A stretch of DNA of 64,000 nucleotides. It comes from Tubulanus polymorphus (lineage: Eukaryota; Animalia; Nemertea). The notes under the pieces were generated by a model that worked only from the letters and a program-made list of their open reading frames with translations, ran no database searches and was not told the origin of the DNA. The DNA lies in contig NC_134031.1 in assembly GCF_964204645.1 (NCBI RefSeq), positions 12,588,088 through 12,652,087 of the forward strand. The letters run 5' to 3'. Within the stretch, counting starts at the first letter, position 1. Every line of letters begins with the position of its first letter. Of this stretch, positions 13,198 to 27,011 are shown in pieces. Made by a program: the position numbers and the translations under genes.

Positions 13198-16100
13198 CAT
13201 TATGAGAATGCCGGTTTGCTAGCGTATCTATTTAACACCCGTATTGCTCGGGTTAGTTTTACTATCAACGGGTGGCGCTGTATGTAAATTTCACATAAAT
13301 CAACGACTTTCGGCTATAAGCGGTACCTAAGACCACTTTGTACTGTATCTTTTTATGTTCACTACTACCGTAATTGACTATGATGTTTTCAAGCTTGAAA
13401 ACATCATAGTCAATTACGGTAGTAGTGAACATAAAAAGATACAGTACAAAGATACAGTACGGTGTACAGTTAAGGACATGATTCCATAGGACCCATACCA
13501 GAGACATTTTGTTCAGACAAGGTCTATTAGTTAAACACTAATCTTCATTTTCAGCAATAAACGATCTGGTGAATTAATTAGTGATTCGGTCTTTCGGTGG
13601 TTCGAGATAAAATGCCCGCAAAATAAGAACCTAACGAACCAGGGCTCACCACAAATTGCCCAACAGATAAATTTTCGAAACGACACAATCCAATCATGTT
13701 TGGTATCAAATGTGGCGTGGACTATGGTCTTTTAACTGACCAATGCATGACCAGTACTGACCATATAGTAAATTATTGGTTTGCAAACAATTAAGTTGTT
13801 TGGTGTCAAATAACTAGATATGATGTGGGCATTAATCTAAAAATTGTGTAACTGACCAATGCTTGACCAGTACAGACCAGTTACCAGTGCTAACCAGAAC
13901 CCCCATAAGTAATTTATATGTTAAGTGAATCCTTCGTTGGTACTACTAGCTCTTACATTTAAATTTGTCGCTTGAAAAAGTCTTGTCCGATTTTTGTTTT
14001 AGGTAGCGATCTAACTTTGAAATTCCGCCAAAATGCATAAGATTTTTACGTAGGGTTTTGAACGTACAACGTTTCTATTTCTAATTGTAACGTGCGCATT
14101 TGAGCCTGTCACGTGCACATTTCACTCGCGTGAACGTGCGTATCGGTACCAACATGCGAGACTTGTCAAACTTTTACGATCAAGACTTTTAAACTGAACA
14201 AAGAAGATATCATATCATATTATATATACATGAATAGATGGAATGATAATGTAGTAGTTTTAAATGTTTCGTAGCTGCTGTCCACTGACCACAGATCAAA
14301 GCTAATTGCCTGATATGAAATATATTTTTGTTATAGAGATGTAGTAGATCAGTAAGAATTCAAACTTAAAGTTAATTTTGAGTGATCACAACGCTAACCA
14401 ATAGAGAAAGCTGTAAGGCCTAAGAAAAGATCCATTAAGTATAACATATCTTTCAATATAATGAAGAAGTATTCAACTGGCCATCACAACAATAGTTTGA
14501 ATTATCTTATTGAAAAATACCGGAGTGTTAATGGGAAAACCTTGAATTCGAAACAATCCCACACTCAATCGTTTACTTTGAAAACACAATTTGCATTTTG
14601 TGGACATGTATTTTTTTCTGCATCAAAAGCATGAAGTATATTATATTTGCTTGTAAAAATTTGAAGGGGAAGATTTTTGGCCTCGTTAACCTGTGAACAC
14701 GTCCTTCATATATTTTCTAAGACCGACCCTTGAAATAATGCTGAGAGTTTCGAGGATAATTTTGGTAGGATGTAAACTTAGGCTGCTTCGTATCCGTGGA
14801 GGGTTGCTAATTATTGATTCTATACACAATAATCATAAGTACCATGAGATTCGATAGAATATCGTTTTTCAATCATACGTACACGAATTATCGCGATATA
14901 AAGATAAATAATATGTTCATATACTTTTTACGTCTTATACTGTATATTTCTTTAGTAGTATATATAAAGAGTGGATCAGCTGGCCATCTGAGACCATTCC
15001 ACGATCTAAGTTCAGTTGCCAAAAGTTAGTAAGTTTACCAGTGGATAGTTAACATTTATAATGACAATTAAATTTTCATTGCTAAAATAACTTTGTACTT
15101 GTTGACCCAAAAGCAGAGAATTGAAAATACGATAATACGATACGTAAACTCAGTGTACAAATTCAAAAAGATTATCTCTAGTGAGAGATCGAACGTTTTG
15201 TCGTAATTTTCTAATGATAAAACATGGTTTGAAATTTGAAATGTGTACATAGTTGATCTCTTTCAGTGTATTTAGTCATGTATCATATTGGATGATGGTT
15301 AATTTAAACTCTCTTTTGAGAAACTGGTCCCAGAGCTGTATCCTTTACTCCTGTAATAGAGGATGCAATCTATTTGCGACAAACAGCTAGTGCAAATAGC
15401 TAGAAAAGGTAACAATAGTGCATTAGCAAACTTAGAGCAAGCGTACATTGGTTGTTTAGGTTTTTCGAAGGGGAGAATTTGTGGGAAAATTAATCATTAC
15501 TGAGATATATCCGTGGCGAGCTTTTCCAGGGATTTAAAAAGTTGAGCTGTCCACAAGGAATTTTGTGTAGTCCAATATCCGTGATTACCTCTGGCGTGGA
15601 GAGATACAATCTAAAACCAACCCTAGAGTCAAATATTTTACCACAATTTTTTATGATCAATGAAAAGATTGAGTAATAGACATTCAAACAGTATTATCTA
15701 AATTCCACTCCATTTTAAACTCATTCATCTTTACACAAACTCCAACTTGTTGAACAGTCCACATTAAAATTAGGGACCACTATTCTTGCTCATCTACACT
15801 GGCTACCAATCTAACAAAGGATTAAATTTGAGTTTTGATGTTATAACAATACCAGACTGAATTATGGATTCGGTTTCTACTTTTTAATTGAACATTTATA
15901 TCACATATTGGGCATCATTTTTACCAGTATGTATATATCGAATAACCTATCCATATATCATGTTCAATTTTATATAATCTGACTTTTGAGATGTCATTCA
16001 ATCAATGCATTCACATGCGGTCGTCGCTTTCAATAGCCGCCACGGACTGGCTCCTTATTATTTCTTTGGCAAAACCATTGGCGGACGATCCCACACGTTT

Positions 16101-18868
16101 CTTGCTCCAGCCGTAGAATGCTCAATATTCGTCATGAACCCCGATTTGAATTTAAATTCAAAACACTCCTAAAACACACCTGTTAACTAGATTACTCTAA
16201 AACACCTTTATGTGCAAGAATCAGTGAAATTGGCGCTTTATCAGTTGTATTCATCATTCGTACCCACGAATCTCGTATCGTATCCTATGAATGTGGAGAC
16301 CCATCCTCGTAAAGAGAATGAATATATAGGCTCCGATGCGTTTATATCATTTGATATGAGGCTTCGTGTCATCTTCAATTGAAATCACGTTGTTTTTTTA
16401 AAGGGTGGGCGAGAATATATTCTTATGTTTTTGTTTCTCTGAATGTTGCTATTTAAGAGTTCAATAATTTCAGTCTACCAAACAAAGGATTTTCCGTATG
16501 TTTCGTGACATGTTTTTCCATAACCCTAGGAGAGCATTTTAGGTATTTTTTTGCGGATGACCGAAAGCTGCTGTCCCTTTCTAGTAATTTGATGATATCC
16601 GTCGAAATCTAAATTCTAAAAAGGAATCAGGCATATCTTCTTGTTTGACTAAATATGAACTCAACAACAAGTGACACTCCCTTCAAAGGCGCCGAAGTAA
16701 AATCATGTGTCGAATGGAGATGATATTGTGTCAGAATTTCTTCAAAATCGGAGAAAATTGAATATTTTGAAAATAATCATTTTACATGTATGTTTAAATC
16801 CGTTATCGATGGAGCAATTTTCATGAAAAAATATCTATGGAATCAGCGAAATATAGTTAAGAAGAATACTATGTTTAAAAAGTTATCAAAGACATTTGAA
16901 AAAAGTTTTCTGAATTCGTCAACTGTTAAACTAGTAACAACCAGATGTGTTCCCATTAAACCACCGACCGCGAGCCGAGTCGATGTGAGATGTGCCCTAC
17001 ACTGAAAATCTCAAGTGCTATACAACCGGTTTTTTAGGTGCCTCTGAATGTCGGCCGTTAACTGAACAATTGCCATTTGGAAAGGGCCTACGTAGTTAGA
17101 GAAAATTCAAGATGTGTATATCGTGTGATACAGGCTCCATATTTCATGTGCGTTTGGAATTTAACCTTGTTTATAACGAAACACGCATGTATTTATGCTA
17201 TTTTAGATTTAAAATGAGCGCACGAAAGTGTTTCATGAGACCCGCAAATAACGTCAAGTTATTCATGCATTTTTGATTTATATGAATAAATTTCGCTTCG
17301 AAATCTTTAAATTTCTCAGGTGGATTATTCAATAAACTCACAACAGTCCATAATGGATTAGATTGACGCCAATCGTTCTTTTAAAGATCTTTCTTTCTCG
17401 AAGAAAGATTTTCTTAAAAACTTTGATTATGGCGAATATTTTATGTGTCCGATAGTTAAACCTTCGGGTATTATACTAGAACACAAATTTTTAAAGATGT
17501 TCATAACATACCAGGGGCGGATCCAGTAGACAGTATTGGAAGGAAATTTAAGGGCACTTTTCTGATCTTAGGGCACACCCAGTATCCAGGTCAATGCGAG
17601 CGCCGAAGGCGCGAATTCCTTAGAGGGGGGTCTGAAATATTTTGAAAATATGGTACCATTTAAAGGATTTTAGAGGGCTTCTAGAGGCTAGCAGAGCAAT
17701 CCAGAATAAACGAATTCGAGACAAGATTTCAAGACATGCGGATAAAAAATGAAGCTGGCGAACCCATGAATGGTTGTCGCCAACTTCGCCTAGTGCCCCT
17801 ATAATCTTTAAAAGTGCCCCTTAACAATTATACAGAATACGGCTAAGTGCCCCTTCATTGTTAACAATCGGCAAAAATTGCCTCGTCTTCACATTTATCC
17901 TTATGTCGTGTGCCATCTTCCAAACCAAAAGTGCCCCTAAAATTTTAAAAATTAGGCAAAAAAATGCCCTTTTCTTCAACATTTTCCGCGTATAGTGCCC
18001 TCTTCTAAAGTACGAGTGCCCCTTTAGCCCTCCCTGAAAAGGCAAGGAAGGACAAGGTGCCCTCATCTAAAGCATGAGTGCCCCTTGCAAAAGGAAAGTG
18101 CCCTTTTTAATTTATCATGATTAAAGGCTTTACAAATATGATTATCTCTCCTCACTTTCTTGGTAGCAGTATATACCGATTAATTTTATAATTATGCCCG
18201 GATTACGGACACGAAATTAGCGGTTGCTGAAATAATGCCGTCAAAAATATTGCCGGTGAAATTTCGAAGGGCACTTAAAAATTCTAGACCGTATTGGGCA
18301 ATACGGCTAATACGGTCTGGATCCGTCCCTGCATACTGAAGGATATCACAGTTTATACCCGAAGATATGCGTTTTCCGATTCGGTGTTTTTCATTAGGCG
18401 TTTTTCGAGTACCGGTAAAAACGGTACTTGATATAATAAGTGAACTTCATCATTGATATTTTCACTAATCTACTTGAATTCCAAAAAAGAACTGACAATG
18501 AAAAAGGGTTAGAGCTGTGACTGATATCACTCCAAATTTCAAATTCCTATGAACACTTTTCATATAAAGAAAACTATAAACGAAACAGTTTTTAGAGGCG
18601 AAGAATCCACGTTACCATCGAATTTTAAAAACTTGAAGGAATGGTTAATGCCTCGGTGACCACTGGTCTAGTACGCGGTTTTCTAAAATGAAAGTGGCCA
18701 AGTCTAAAGAACAACTATTGTATCACATGATTTCAAATATTAGGAACCCAATGCGTTTAATGATTTAATTAATTGGTATCGCGCAGATTGGTTGAAAGAC
18801 GGGATTGAGTCACCTTGTGATTTAATTGTTTTTCATGCATCGATTAATTAATCTTATTATAACTTATT
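13198..18868. repeat. Copy A of a diverged ~5.5-kb direct repeat (probable decayed DNA transposon body)
   Basis: Colinear with 52485-57623 from CATTATGAGAATGCCGGTTTGC to TTAATCTTA-TATAACTTATT. Confidence 0.9.
17512..18331. mobile_element. TIR non-autonomous element inserted in copy A
   Basis: TIRs CAGGGGCGGATCCAG / CTGGATCCGTCCCTG with 5-bp duplication CATAC; internal AGTGCCC repeats. Confidence 0.8.
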
Positions 18869-19430
18869 CGCGACAATTCATTAATTTGGTTTTGTCACCC
18901 GCGACAAATCAATATTTTGGTTTTGTCGCCCACGAACAATTCAATATTTTGGTTTTATCGCCAGCGACAATTCATTATTTTGATTTTGTCGCACGCGACA
19001 ATTCATTATTTTGGTTTTATCACCCGCGACAATTTTTTTTTGTCGCGGTTTTATCGCCAGCGACAATTTATTATTTTGGTTTTATCGTCCGCGACAATTC
19101 ATTATTTTGGTTTTATCGTCCGCGACAATTCATTATTTTGGTTTTGTCGCCCGCGTCAATTCAATATTTTGGTTTTGTCCCACGCGACAATTCAATATTT
19201 TGGTTTTATCCCCTGCGACAACTCAATATTTTGGTTTTATCGCCAGCGACAATTCATTATTTTGGTTTTATCGCCCGCGACAATTGATTATTTTGGTTTT
19301 ATCGCCCGCGACAATTCATTAGTTTGGTTTTGTCGCCCCCAACAATTCAATGTTTTGGTTCTATCGACAGCGACAATTGATTAATTTGGTTTTATCGCCC
19401 GCGACAATTAATTTTTTTGGTTTTGTCGCC
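18869..19430. repeat. 31-bp minisatellite
   Basis: Unit CGCGACAATTCATTATTTTGGTTTTATCGCC in tandem; second array at ~21540-21770. Confidence 0.95.
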
Positions 19431-19520
19431 CACTTTATTAGCTTTTGAATAATTAGGCCAATTAATTACGTAATAAAGACTTATGCTTTCGCCTATTTGA
19501 AGTCGATTAATCTGATATAG

Positions 19521-20395
19521 TACGGAAGCGATAAAGGGCCTCGAGTTGTCGCGTTCAAACTCGACAAGTCGCCATATTTATGTCGATATATCGCGTCAAG
19601 TCCACATGAATATGTCTACATATCGTGACGTTTTCACGACAAATTTCGCTTTTTGCTCATTTTCCACGGGACAAGCCAGCATTTGAAGACATGTCTAAAT
19701 GTAAGATGAGGACGCCAGTAATATGACGACTGAGTTTCAAGTCGTCATGAATATGTCGACTTGTCGCGAGGAAAATGGTTGCGAAAACGGAATATGTCGT
19801 CAAAACGTCACGATATATCGACATATTCATGTCGACTTGATGCGATATATCACGGTATGTCGACATAAATATAGCGACTTGGTCGAGTTGGAACGCGACA
19901 TCTCGATATAGTGTCGAATATTAAGGTCATTTTGGCAGATTCTTTTTTTTTTAAAGTGATATTAAAGCGATCATTCAAGTGATCCTACTTAATGAAAGAT
20001 CTACGGAAGCGATAAAGGGCCTCGAGTTGTCGCGTTCCAACTCGACAAGTCGCCATATTTATGTCGATATATCGCATCAAGTCGACATAAATATGTCGAC
20101 ATATCGTGACGTTTTGACGACTTGAAACTCAGTCGTACGGAAGCGATAAAGGGCCTCGACATATTCATGACGACTTGAAACTCAGTCGTCATATCATTGG
20201 TGTCCTCATCTTACATTTAGAAATGTCTTCAAATGACGGCTTGTCCCGTGGAAAATGGGCAAAAAAGCAAAATTTGTCGTGAAAACGTCACGATATGTCG
20301 ACATATTTATGTCGACTTGATGCGATATATTGACATAAATGTGGTGACTTGTCGAGTTTGAACGCGACAACTCGAGGCTCTTTATCGCTTCCGTA
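19521..20395. mobile_element. Cluster of rearranged foldback MITE copies
   Basis: Terminus TACGGAAGCGATAAAGGGCCTCGA at 19521, 20002 and ~20136; inverse end CTTTATCGCTTCCGTA at 20395. Confidence 0.75.
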
Positions 20396-21159
20396 GAGTC
20401 GTCATATCACTGGCGTCCTCATCTTTCAGCAACGCCAGTCACATGGAGTCATACGTGTACTACTTTCTGCGACGCGACACAACTGTCACAACCAACCGAC
20501 TCGCTCTTGCGACTGGCAGAAACTAGTCGCACACAATCGTATTGCAACCGACTTGCACCGAAACTTGCGATGCAACGCGAGGATCGTATCGTGTCACAAG
20601 ACCAACCTACGTCCGGCTTTAAGTTACTGCGGAGCACCAGAAATATCTTTTTTTTCGTTCAAAAGACCTTTCGCTTGAAAATTCTTTCGTCGGAACAAAA
20701 TTTATTTCGTTCGAACCAATAATAATCTATACGATTGAACCAATTTGAAAAAATCGTTAGAACAAAGTTGAACAAACTTTTTTTTGTCCAAACGAAAGGT
20801 ATTTCGTTCGAACAATCGTTTAATTGAACAGAATCGTTTTAATTTGAACAGAATTTTCTTGTCAGAACATTAAGTTTTTCGTTCGAACAAGTATATTGAA
20901 AAAAGTTTTTTCTCCGAACCGAAAGTATTAAGTATTTCGTTCAATCGAACAGAATTGTTTTCATTCAAACATTCGTTCGAAAAAATTATTTTCGCTCAAC
21001 CAAATTTTTTTGCCGGGACTAAAAATTTTTCATTTCAACAATAACATAGCTTTTTATTCGAACACATTTTTTGTCAGAATGAAGAAAAGTTTTGGTTCAA
21101 GCAAAAAGCGTATTGTTCGATCAAACAGAATTATTTTCATTCGAACAAGACTTTCTTGT

Positions 21160-22150
21160 TGGAACATTAAGTTTTTTGGTCGAACAGCGTGTTAAGGTCG
21201 ATTTGGAAATTTACTCGGTCTGGTATATGTTGGATTACTGTGTATGTCATTTGTCAGGACATTAAACAGAAGACAACTTAGGATACTACCTTGCGTGACT
21301 CTACTAGTTTGACCGACTTATTCCAAGATGAGGCGTTCCGTTGATTTCGGCTACAAGTTTTCGTTCAGAGATAACTGCTGAGCCATTTGGGCGACTTATC
21401 ATTGACACTGTTTCCTAATAGCCTGTTTAGTAATGGCTGATGTTGTGCCTTATCAAATGCTTCGTCGAAATCCACCGTTGAACAGGATTCTAAGACTGTG
21501 CAGAAAACCCGTTATCGCTGCTTTGCAGCTATATTTTGTTTTTGTCCTCCACGACAATTCATTATTTTGGTTTTATCGCCCGCGACAATTCAATATTTTG
21601 GTTTTAACGCCCGCGACAATTCAATATTATGGTTTTATCGCCCGCGACAATTCATTATTTTGGTTTTATCGCCCGTGACAATTCATTATCTTTGTTTTGT
21701 CGCCCGTGACAATTCAATATTTTGGTTTTGTCACCTGCGACAATTCATAATTTTGGTTTTGTCGCCCGTGGTTTTGTCGGAACATTAAGTTTTTTGGTCG
21801 AACAGTGTGTTAAGGTTGTTTTGGAAATTTACTCGGTCTGGTATATTTTGGATTACTGTGTATGTCATTTGTCAGGACATTAAACAGAAGACGACTTAGG
21901 ATACCTTGCGTGACTCCACTAGTTAGACCGTCTCATTCCAAGATGAGGCGTTCCGTTGATTTCGGTTACAAGTTTCCGTTCAGAAATAACTGCTGAGCCA
22001 TTTGGGCGACCTATCATTGATACTGTTTCCTAATAGCCTGTTCAGTGATGGCTGATGTTGAGCCTTATCAAATGCTTTGTTGAAATCCACCGTTGAACAG
22101 GATTCTAAGACTGTGCAGAAAACCGTTATCGCTGCTTTGCAGCTATATTT
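21160..22150 (+). repeat. Two head-to-tail copies of a Helentron-type 3' end separated by the 31-bp minisatellite
   Basis: ~370-bp duplication, each copy ending GCAGAAAA(C)CCGTTATCGCTGCTTTGCAGCTATATTT (subterminal IR plus stem-loop). Confidence 0.75.
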
Positions 22151-22194
22151 AGGGTTTCTGCTGCTTTCGCAGAAACCCTCTTGTAATTCTGTTG

Positions 22195-22236
<42 letters not shown>

Positions 22237-22883
22237 TTTCCCCTTTCCAGCCAAAAATTTTTCATAAAATGTAACTCCTCTCAGATTCGACTACTAGCAG
22301 CTTATAAACCTAATTTTCAATTATGAAAGAAATATAACTCAGCGCCTGACCATTTCCAATTTGCGTATTATAATTGATTATGAATTAATCCCGCGTAATT
22401 ATTTGGTCTAAACAGGAAATAAGAATGTCGCAAGAATCATCATCCATTGATAAATGTACATCGTGAAAAGCCTGCAAATTACCCGACGACCTTGAGCTTC
22501 AAAATAAATCACGGATTCGGATTTATAAATCGGGGTTCGACCTACGACATCCATTCAATGTTTTCAGATTTCGTGCGCATGCGTCAATTTAGCTCGGACG
22601 CCATTTTCTTTATTTACAACGTGCGACGCCACTCTACGTTACTTGCATTTTTACGACTTTGTTGTGTGTTTCTGTGACCAATCTTCAGAGAGGTATGTAT
22701 ATATAACGGTTAGGCCTAATATGATGTATTTTTCCACGTAATCTGACGACTGGTATTAAAAGCCGACCGGAATTCGTCTTGATCCGCGCGTTGTGGTAGC
22801 AGTCGGGTCTGGTTGGTGTGAGATCGATATCGAATCCCGCATGACTTACACATAGAAGTAGCTTTTAAAAGGCCAAATTTGGG

Positions 22884-23779
22884 CTAATGTCTATTTATTA
22901 ATTGATGAGACCTGTTTTTCTGGGATATTTTGCTTACTTTTTGGGGTACATACCTCATTTATGTCTTAACAGAATGCCAAAAATCGCGGACAACAACTGA
23001 ATATCCGATATATTTCCAGTTCTGTACCAATTAGATGGATTGGCAAAAAGACTCCTTAAGTCCAATTGAATGAGAGAGAAAATCCTCCATTTTGTCAAAT
23101 TTCTTGGATTTGAACATTGTTACCATGCCTACGCCACCCTGATTTAGTTGTTGAGACCCCACAAGAAAAATAACTTCATTTCGTAGGCATGGTGACAATG
23201 TAAAAATTCAAGAAATTTCACAAAATGGAGGATTTTCTCTCGCATTCAATTGGACTTAAGGAGTCTTTTAACCAACTCATCTAATGGGGTACCCGCGAAA
23301 CCAGCTATACCACCAGATGGCGCGACAAGCAGTAGGTCGTTCGTTGTCAAAATTAGTTCATTTTCAATGACATTTGAACTGGATTTTTGAACTCCTCAAT
23401 CCATATACTATCACAGCACCTACCAATATACAATACTTTCATTCTTCTAATCGGATATCGGTAAAGTTTCCAAAAATGATTCATTCATTTAAGAGAAAAG
23501 TTCATTTAGGTTTAATTGAAATGTAGACGAAATCGAACGTGGACGACCAACTATCTACTAGCGACACCTGGCGGATCCTCGCCTGCCATACGTGGAATCC
23601 TCGATTGCCACAGTAGCACTGCGGGTACCCCATTGGTACAGAACTGGAAATATATCGGATATTCAGTTGTTGTCCGCGATTTTTGGCATTCTGTTAAGAC
23701 ATAAATGAGGTATGTATCCCAAAAAGTAAGCAAAATATCCCAGAAAAACAGGTCTCATCCATTAATAAATAGACATTAG
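22884..23779. repeat. Foldback structure with ~150-bp arms and a nested palindromic MITE (23031-23284)
   Basis: CTAATGTCTATTTATTAAT...GTACCAAT versus ATTGGTAC...ATTAATAAATAGACATTAG; inner TTAGATG...CATCTAA hairpin. Confidence 0.8.
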
Positions 23780-25267
23780 GTGTTAAGGTTGACCCAATGC
23801 GTATGATTTAATAATAGTGTTTGTGGTATGGGTAGAAAATATTTAGGCCTATATAGACAGCAGCTTAAATATTGAATAATGGGATTTGAACTGCATTAGT
23901 GTGTGTGTGTCTGTGTGCGAGAGCAGGGAGCACTCCATCTCCCTGACCCTGTGACTTATGATTAAGCCACCCGATTCTGCTGAATGCGAACAAGTCATCA
24001 GGTTTTCGTGAATGTGAATAAATACTATAAGAAGGGACTGCCAATTTTAATGAACACAGAAATATCTTAATTGAAATCGTATGTCAGCTAATTTCAAATT
24101 GAAGGCCTATTATACATAAATTACAGTACACTCCGCCCACTCATGTCAGACCATTTGGGAGTGTAAAAATGTATCCTGCTTTCTGGATCTGATTCAAGCT
24201 TAAGTCTACTGTTTGTATATTCAATCTACCTAGGCCCATAGGCCTAATTGTGCCTGCCTAATTATTGGGGAAATCGACAATGTCAGGTTCTTGAATTTCT
24301 CGACTGATGGCGCTAGTTAGAACTGGATATTGGTACCTAAATCTGCCATGTTCTAGTTTATTTGCAATAAAAATCTGGCCTCTCAATTTTTTAGTAGGCA
24401 GTAGTTATTTTACTGGATCTGGTCACTGACTTCTGAACGCTATTTTACCAAATATTGTCTCTAAATTGGCTGATTTACTACGCACATGCGCAAAGAGGTG
24501 CGCGGCTTAGATAATTGGAAGGAAGTGTGGAGAACAGAGTTTACCCGGACCAGTGAATTACTAGCCTAGCGTCTTCCTATTAGATCACAGAGCTCATTGA
24601 AAACCATCCGAATGTTTTAGCTACATTTAGCCTCACCTAACCCTAACCCTATCCCTACTTGTGAAATCGAACCCTGTGGACCCTCTTCTCACCCTCTTGA
24701 CACTAACCCTATCCAAACCCTTACCCTAAACCCAATAAAATGATTTAATTGTTACATAATAAATGGATTTGGCAAAATAGCGTTCAGAAGTCGGTGACCG
24801 GATCCAGGTTAAATATGCACTTCCTTTTTAGTAAGTGTATTTTACGTACATACATCATCACGTTTAATCCTTTAAGTATGATATCCTGGAAATCTGTTAG
24901 ATTGGACAAAACGTTACTTCAACTGTCAAAAATTTTCCAAAAATCACAAATTTAGTGAAAAAAAATGCTCATTAAAAACTTGAAGCGAGAGATCTTTATT
25001 GCAAATCAACAAAACAAGGTGGATTTAGGTTCCAATTTCCGGTTCTGACTAGTGCCATCATACGAGTAATTCCAAGACTTGAATTTGTTGATATTTGTAT
25101 TGGCATCATTCCTTTTCTAAAACGGAACCTGACGACCAATTATTCAATTTCCTATTTATTTATTTTTTTAAACAAGACTCATCATGCAGGTATTCCCCGC
25201 AACAACAGGTTTCAGAGGGAAAACCACCCTTTTATTTTTGTTTCAACCCATCTTAAAATGAGCCACC

Positions 25268-25645
25268 AGTAATAGGGGTAATGGGCTTTCATACCAAAGG
25301 TCGAAAGGTCGAGCCCGAGAAATTTTCCAAAATGTTAAAATAACAACAATTTCTACTTGAATTAGTCGCGTACACTCCTAATTCAAGTAGAAATTATTAT
25401 TATTTTAACATTTGGAAAATTTATCAACCTCAACCTTTCGACCTTTGATATGAAAGCCCATTACCCCTATTACTCTTAAAATATTCATATATATATGAAT
25501 AACATTTAAATCATTGAACTTCTAAAATCAATTTTAATAAAAAATATAGTATTAAAATGGAAGCAAATAAGTACTACTGCCCAACATGTAATATCGATAT
25601 AGATAAGTCTCAAAAAGCAAGACACAATAAAACTAGAACACATTT
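25268..25645 (+). repeat. Left TIR (first 207 bp form an imperfect hairpin)
   Basis: Reverse complement of 43986-44363 with only two mismatches seen. Confidence 0.97.
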
Positions 25646-25730
25646 GTTTTTAGTCCAGTTGGTTAAAGCAAAGACATTTATCGAATTAAGGAACTCAACA
25701 TATAGTGAAAAATATGTTGAATCGTTATAA
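25557..25730 (+). CDS. 57-aa chimeric ORF: PolB N-terminal C2H2 finger fused to a remnant of an HNH-paralog C-terminus
   Basis: MEANKYYCPTCNIDIDKSQKARHNKTRTH + LFLVQLVKAKTFIELRNSTYSEKYVESL*. Confidence 0.4.
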   Translation: MEANKYYCPTCNIDIDKSQKARHNKTRTHLFLVQLVKAKTFIELRNSTYSEKYVESL

Positions 25731-26670
25731 ACGCCTGATAATACTCAGCTATATAGTTGGTTGTATTAGCTCTAGTAAACATATGTTACCAGCTTATATT
25801 TCAATTGTAAAGAGTTAATTAATTTCATTGATCTAAATGCCTTTATTATTGATTTTTTTTTCAACTTCAACGCGTTGTGTATACGGCGAACGTAGCAAAT
25901 CACAAATCTCATAATTTACAAGTCTCAACACGTTTGTTCTAGATGTTTATACTAGAACATGATTCTATTTTAACCTATATACATTCAATGTATAGAGCTA
26001 TGGAATAAATCTATAAATTCACAGCCGTTACAGTTGTTACTATGACGACGAGATATTATGAATCATTATTACAAATGTGTAGAGAGAGAACACTCTAGAA
26101 CCGGAACTAGATGACGTGTCATAATCAACAACGTGTCATTCTAGAAATCGCCCCGGAAATGGATATACGCTGTAATATTGTGCTCAGGATATTCTATCTT
26201 TCGAAACGAAATTAGGAGTTTATAGTTTACAATTCTAAATCTAAATGTAAGTACTGTTTTTTGTAGTTATTGGGGTTATTAAATATGAAACCTTTAGATA
26301 TATTTAAGTGTATTTAGTATATCTTTTAGATAGCTAGAGTTACCGCAATTATCTTTTAGATTAATAAAAAGTCATATACATCAAGAAGTGATAGAGAAAC
26401 TCAAGATACTCTTTCTGACTGAGGAATCAACAGCAATGGATATCGAATCAATAGAATCACCAAAAGATCGAAGAAGAAATATAAGAATTTCAAAAACATT
26501 GAGACTCCAATGATTAAGTTTAACATTTGTTGATGTAGTTAAATATTTACCAGCAATTGAAAAAATGTTTGTAATTATAAATTATATTTATAGAAATCAA
26601 ATGATGTATTAGAAGAAATGACTGAACAACTTGTATAATGTATTGTGTAAATCTGATTGATGAATTTTTA

Positions 26671-27011
26671 TGTTCGGTCGTTTCTATTCAGAATGAATAT
26701 ATAATTATGATTAGGGCATGCGCATTAAGCAAAAGCGCTCCTATAAGAGCGGTTTTGCCTAATGCGAACACGTTTAGATATTTTATGTCGGTCGTTTCTA
26801 TTTACATAATTATATATTCATTATGTAAATATAATTATGATTAGCGCATGCGCATTGATCAAAAGCGCTCCTATAAGAGCGGTTTTGCTTAGTGCACATG
26901 CGTTTGAATTTTCTATGTTCAGTTGTTTCTATTTCACAGAATGAATATATAATTATGATTAACGCATGCGCATTAAGCAAAAGTGCTCCTATAAGAGCGG
27001 TTTTACCCAGT
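26671..27011. repeat. Three tandem ~120-130-bp units, each with a ~55-bp imperfect palindrome centred on CTCCTATAAGAG
   Basis: GCATGCGCATTAAGCAAAAGCGCTC-CTATAA-GAGCGGTTTTGC(C/T)TA at ~26716, ~26845, ~26963. Confidence 0.9.

Noticed and set aside
16580-17005. Short ORFs shared by both copies of the 5.5-kb repeat (also 56592-57035)
   Set aside because: Interrupted by stops and no recognisable motif; the similarity is explained by the DNA duplication
18826-19430. Overlapping 100-150-aa ORFs and CRISPR-like periodicity
   Set aside because: Pure 31-bp minisatellite with no unique spacers and no cas genes; the ORFs are repeat artefacts
24630-24735. CCCTAA-like telomeric repeats
   Set aside because: Short, degenerate and internal to a repeat element; not a telomere
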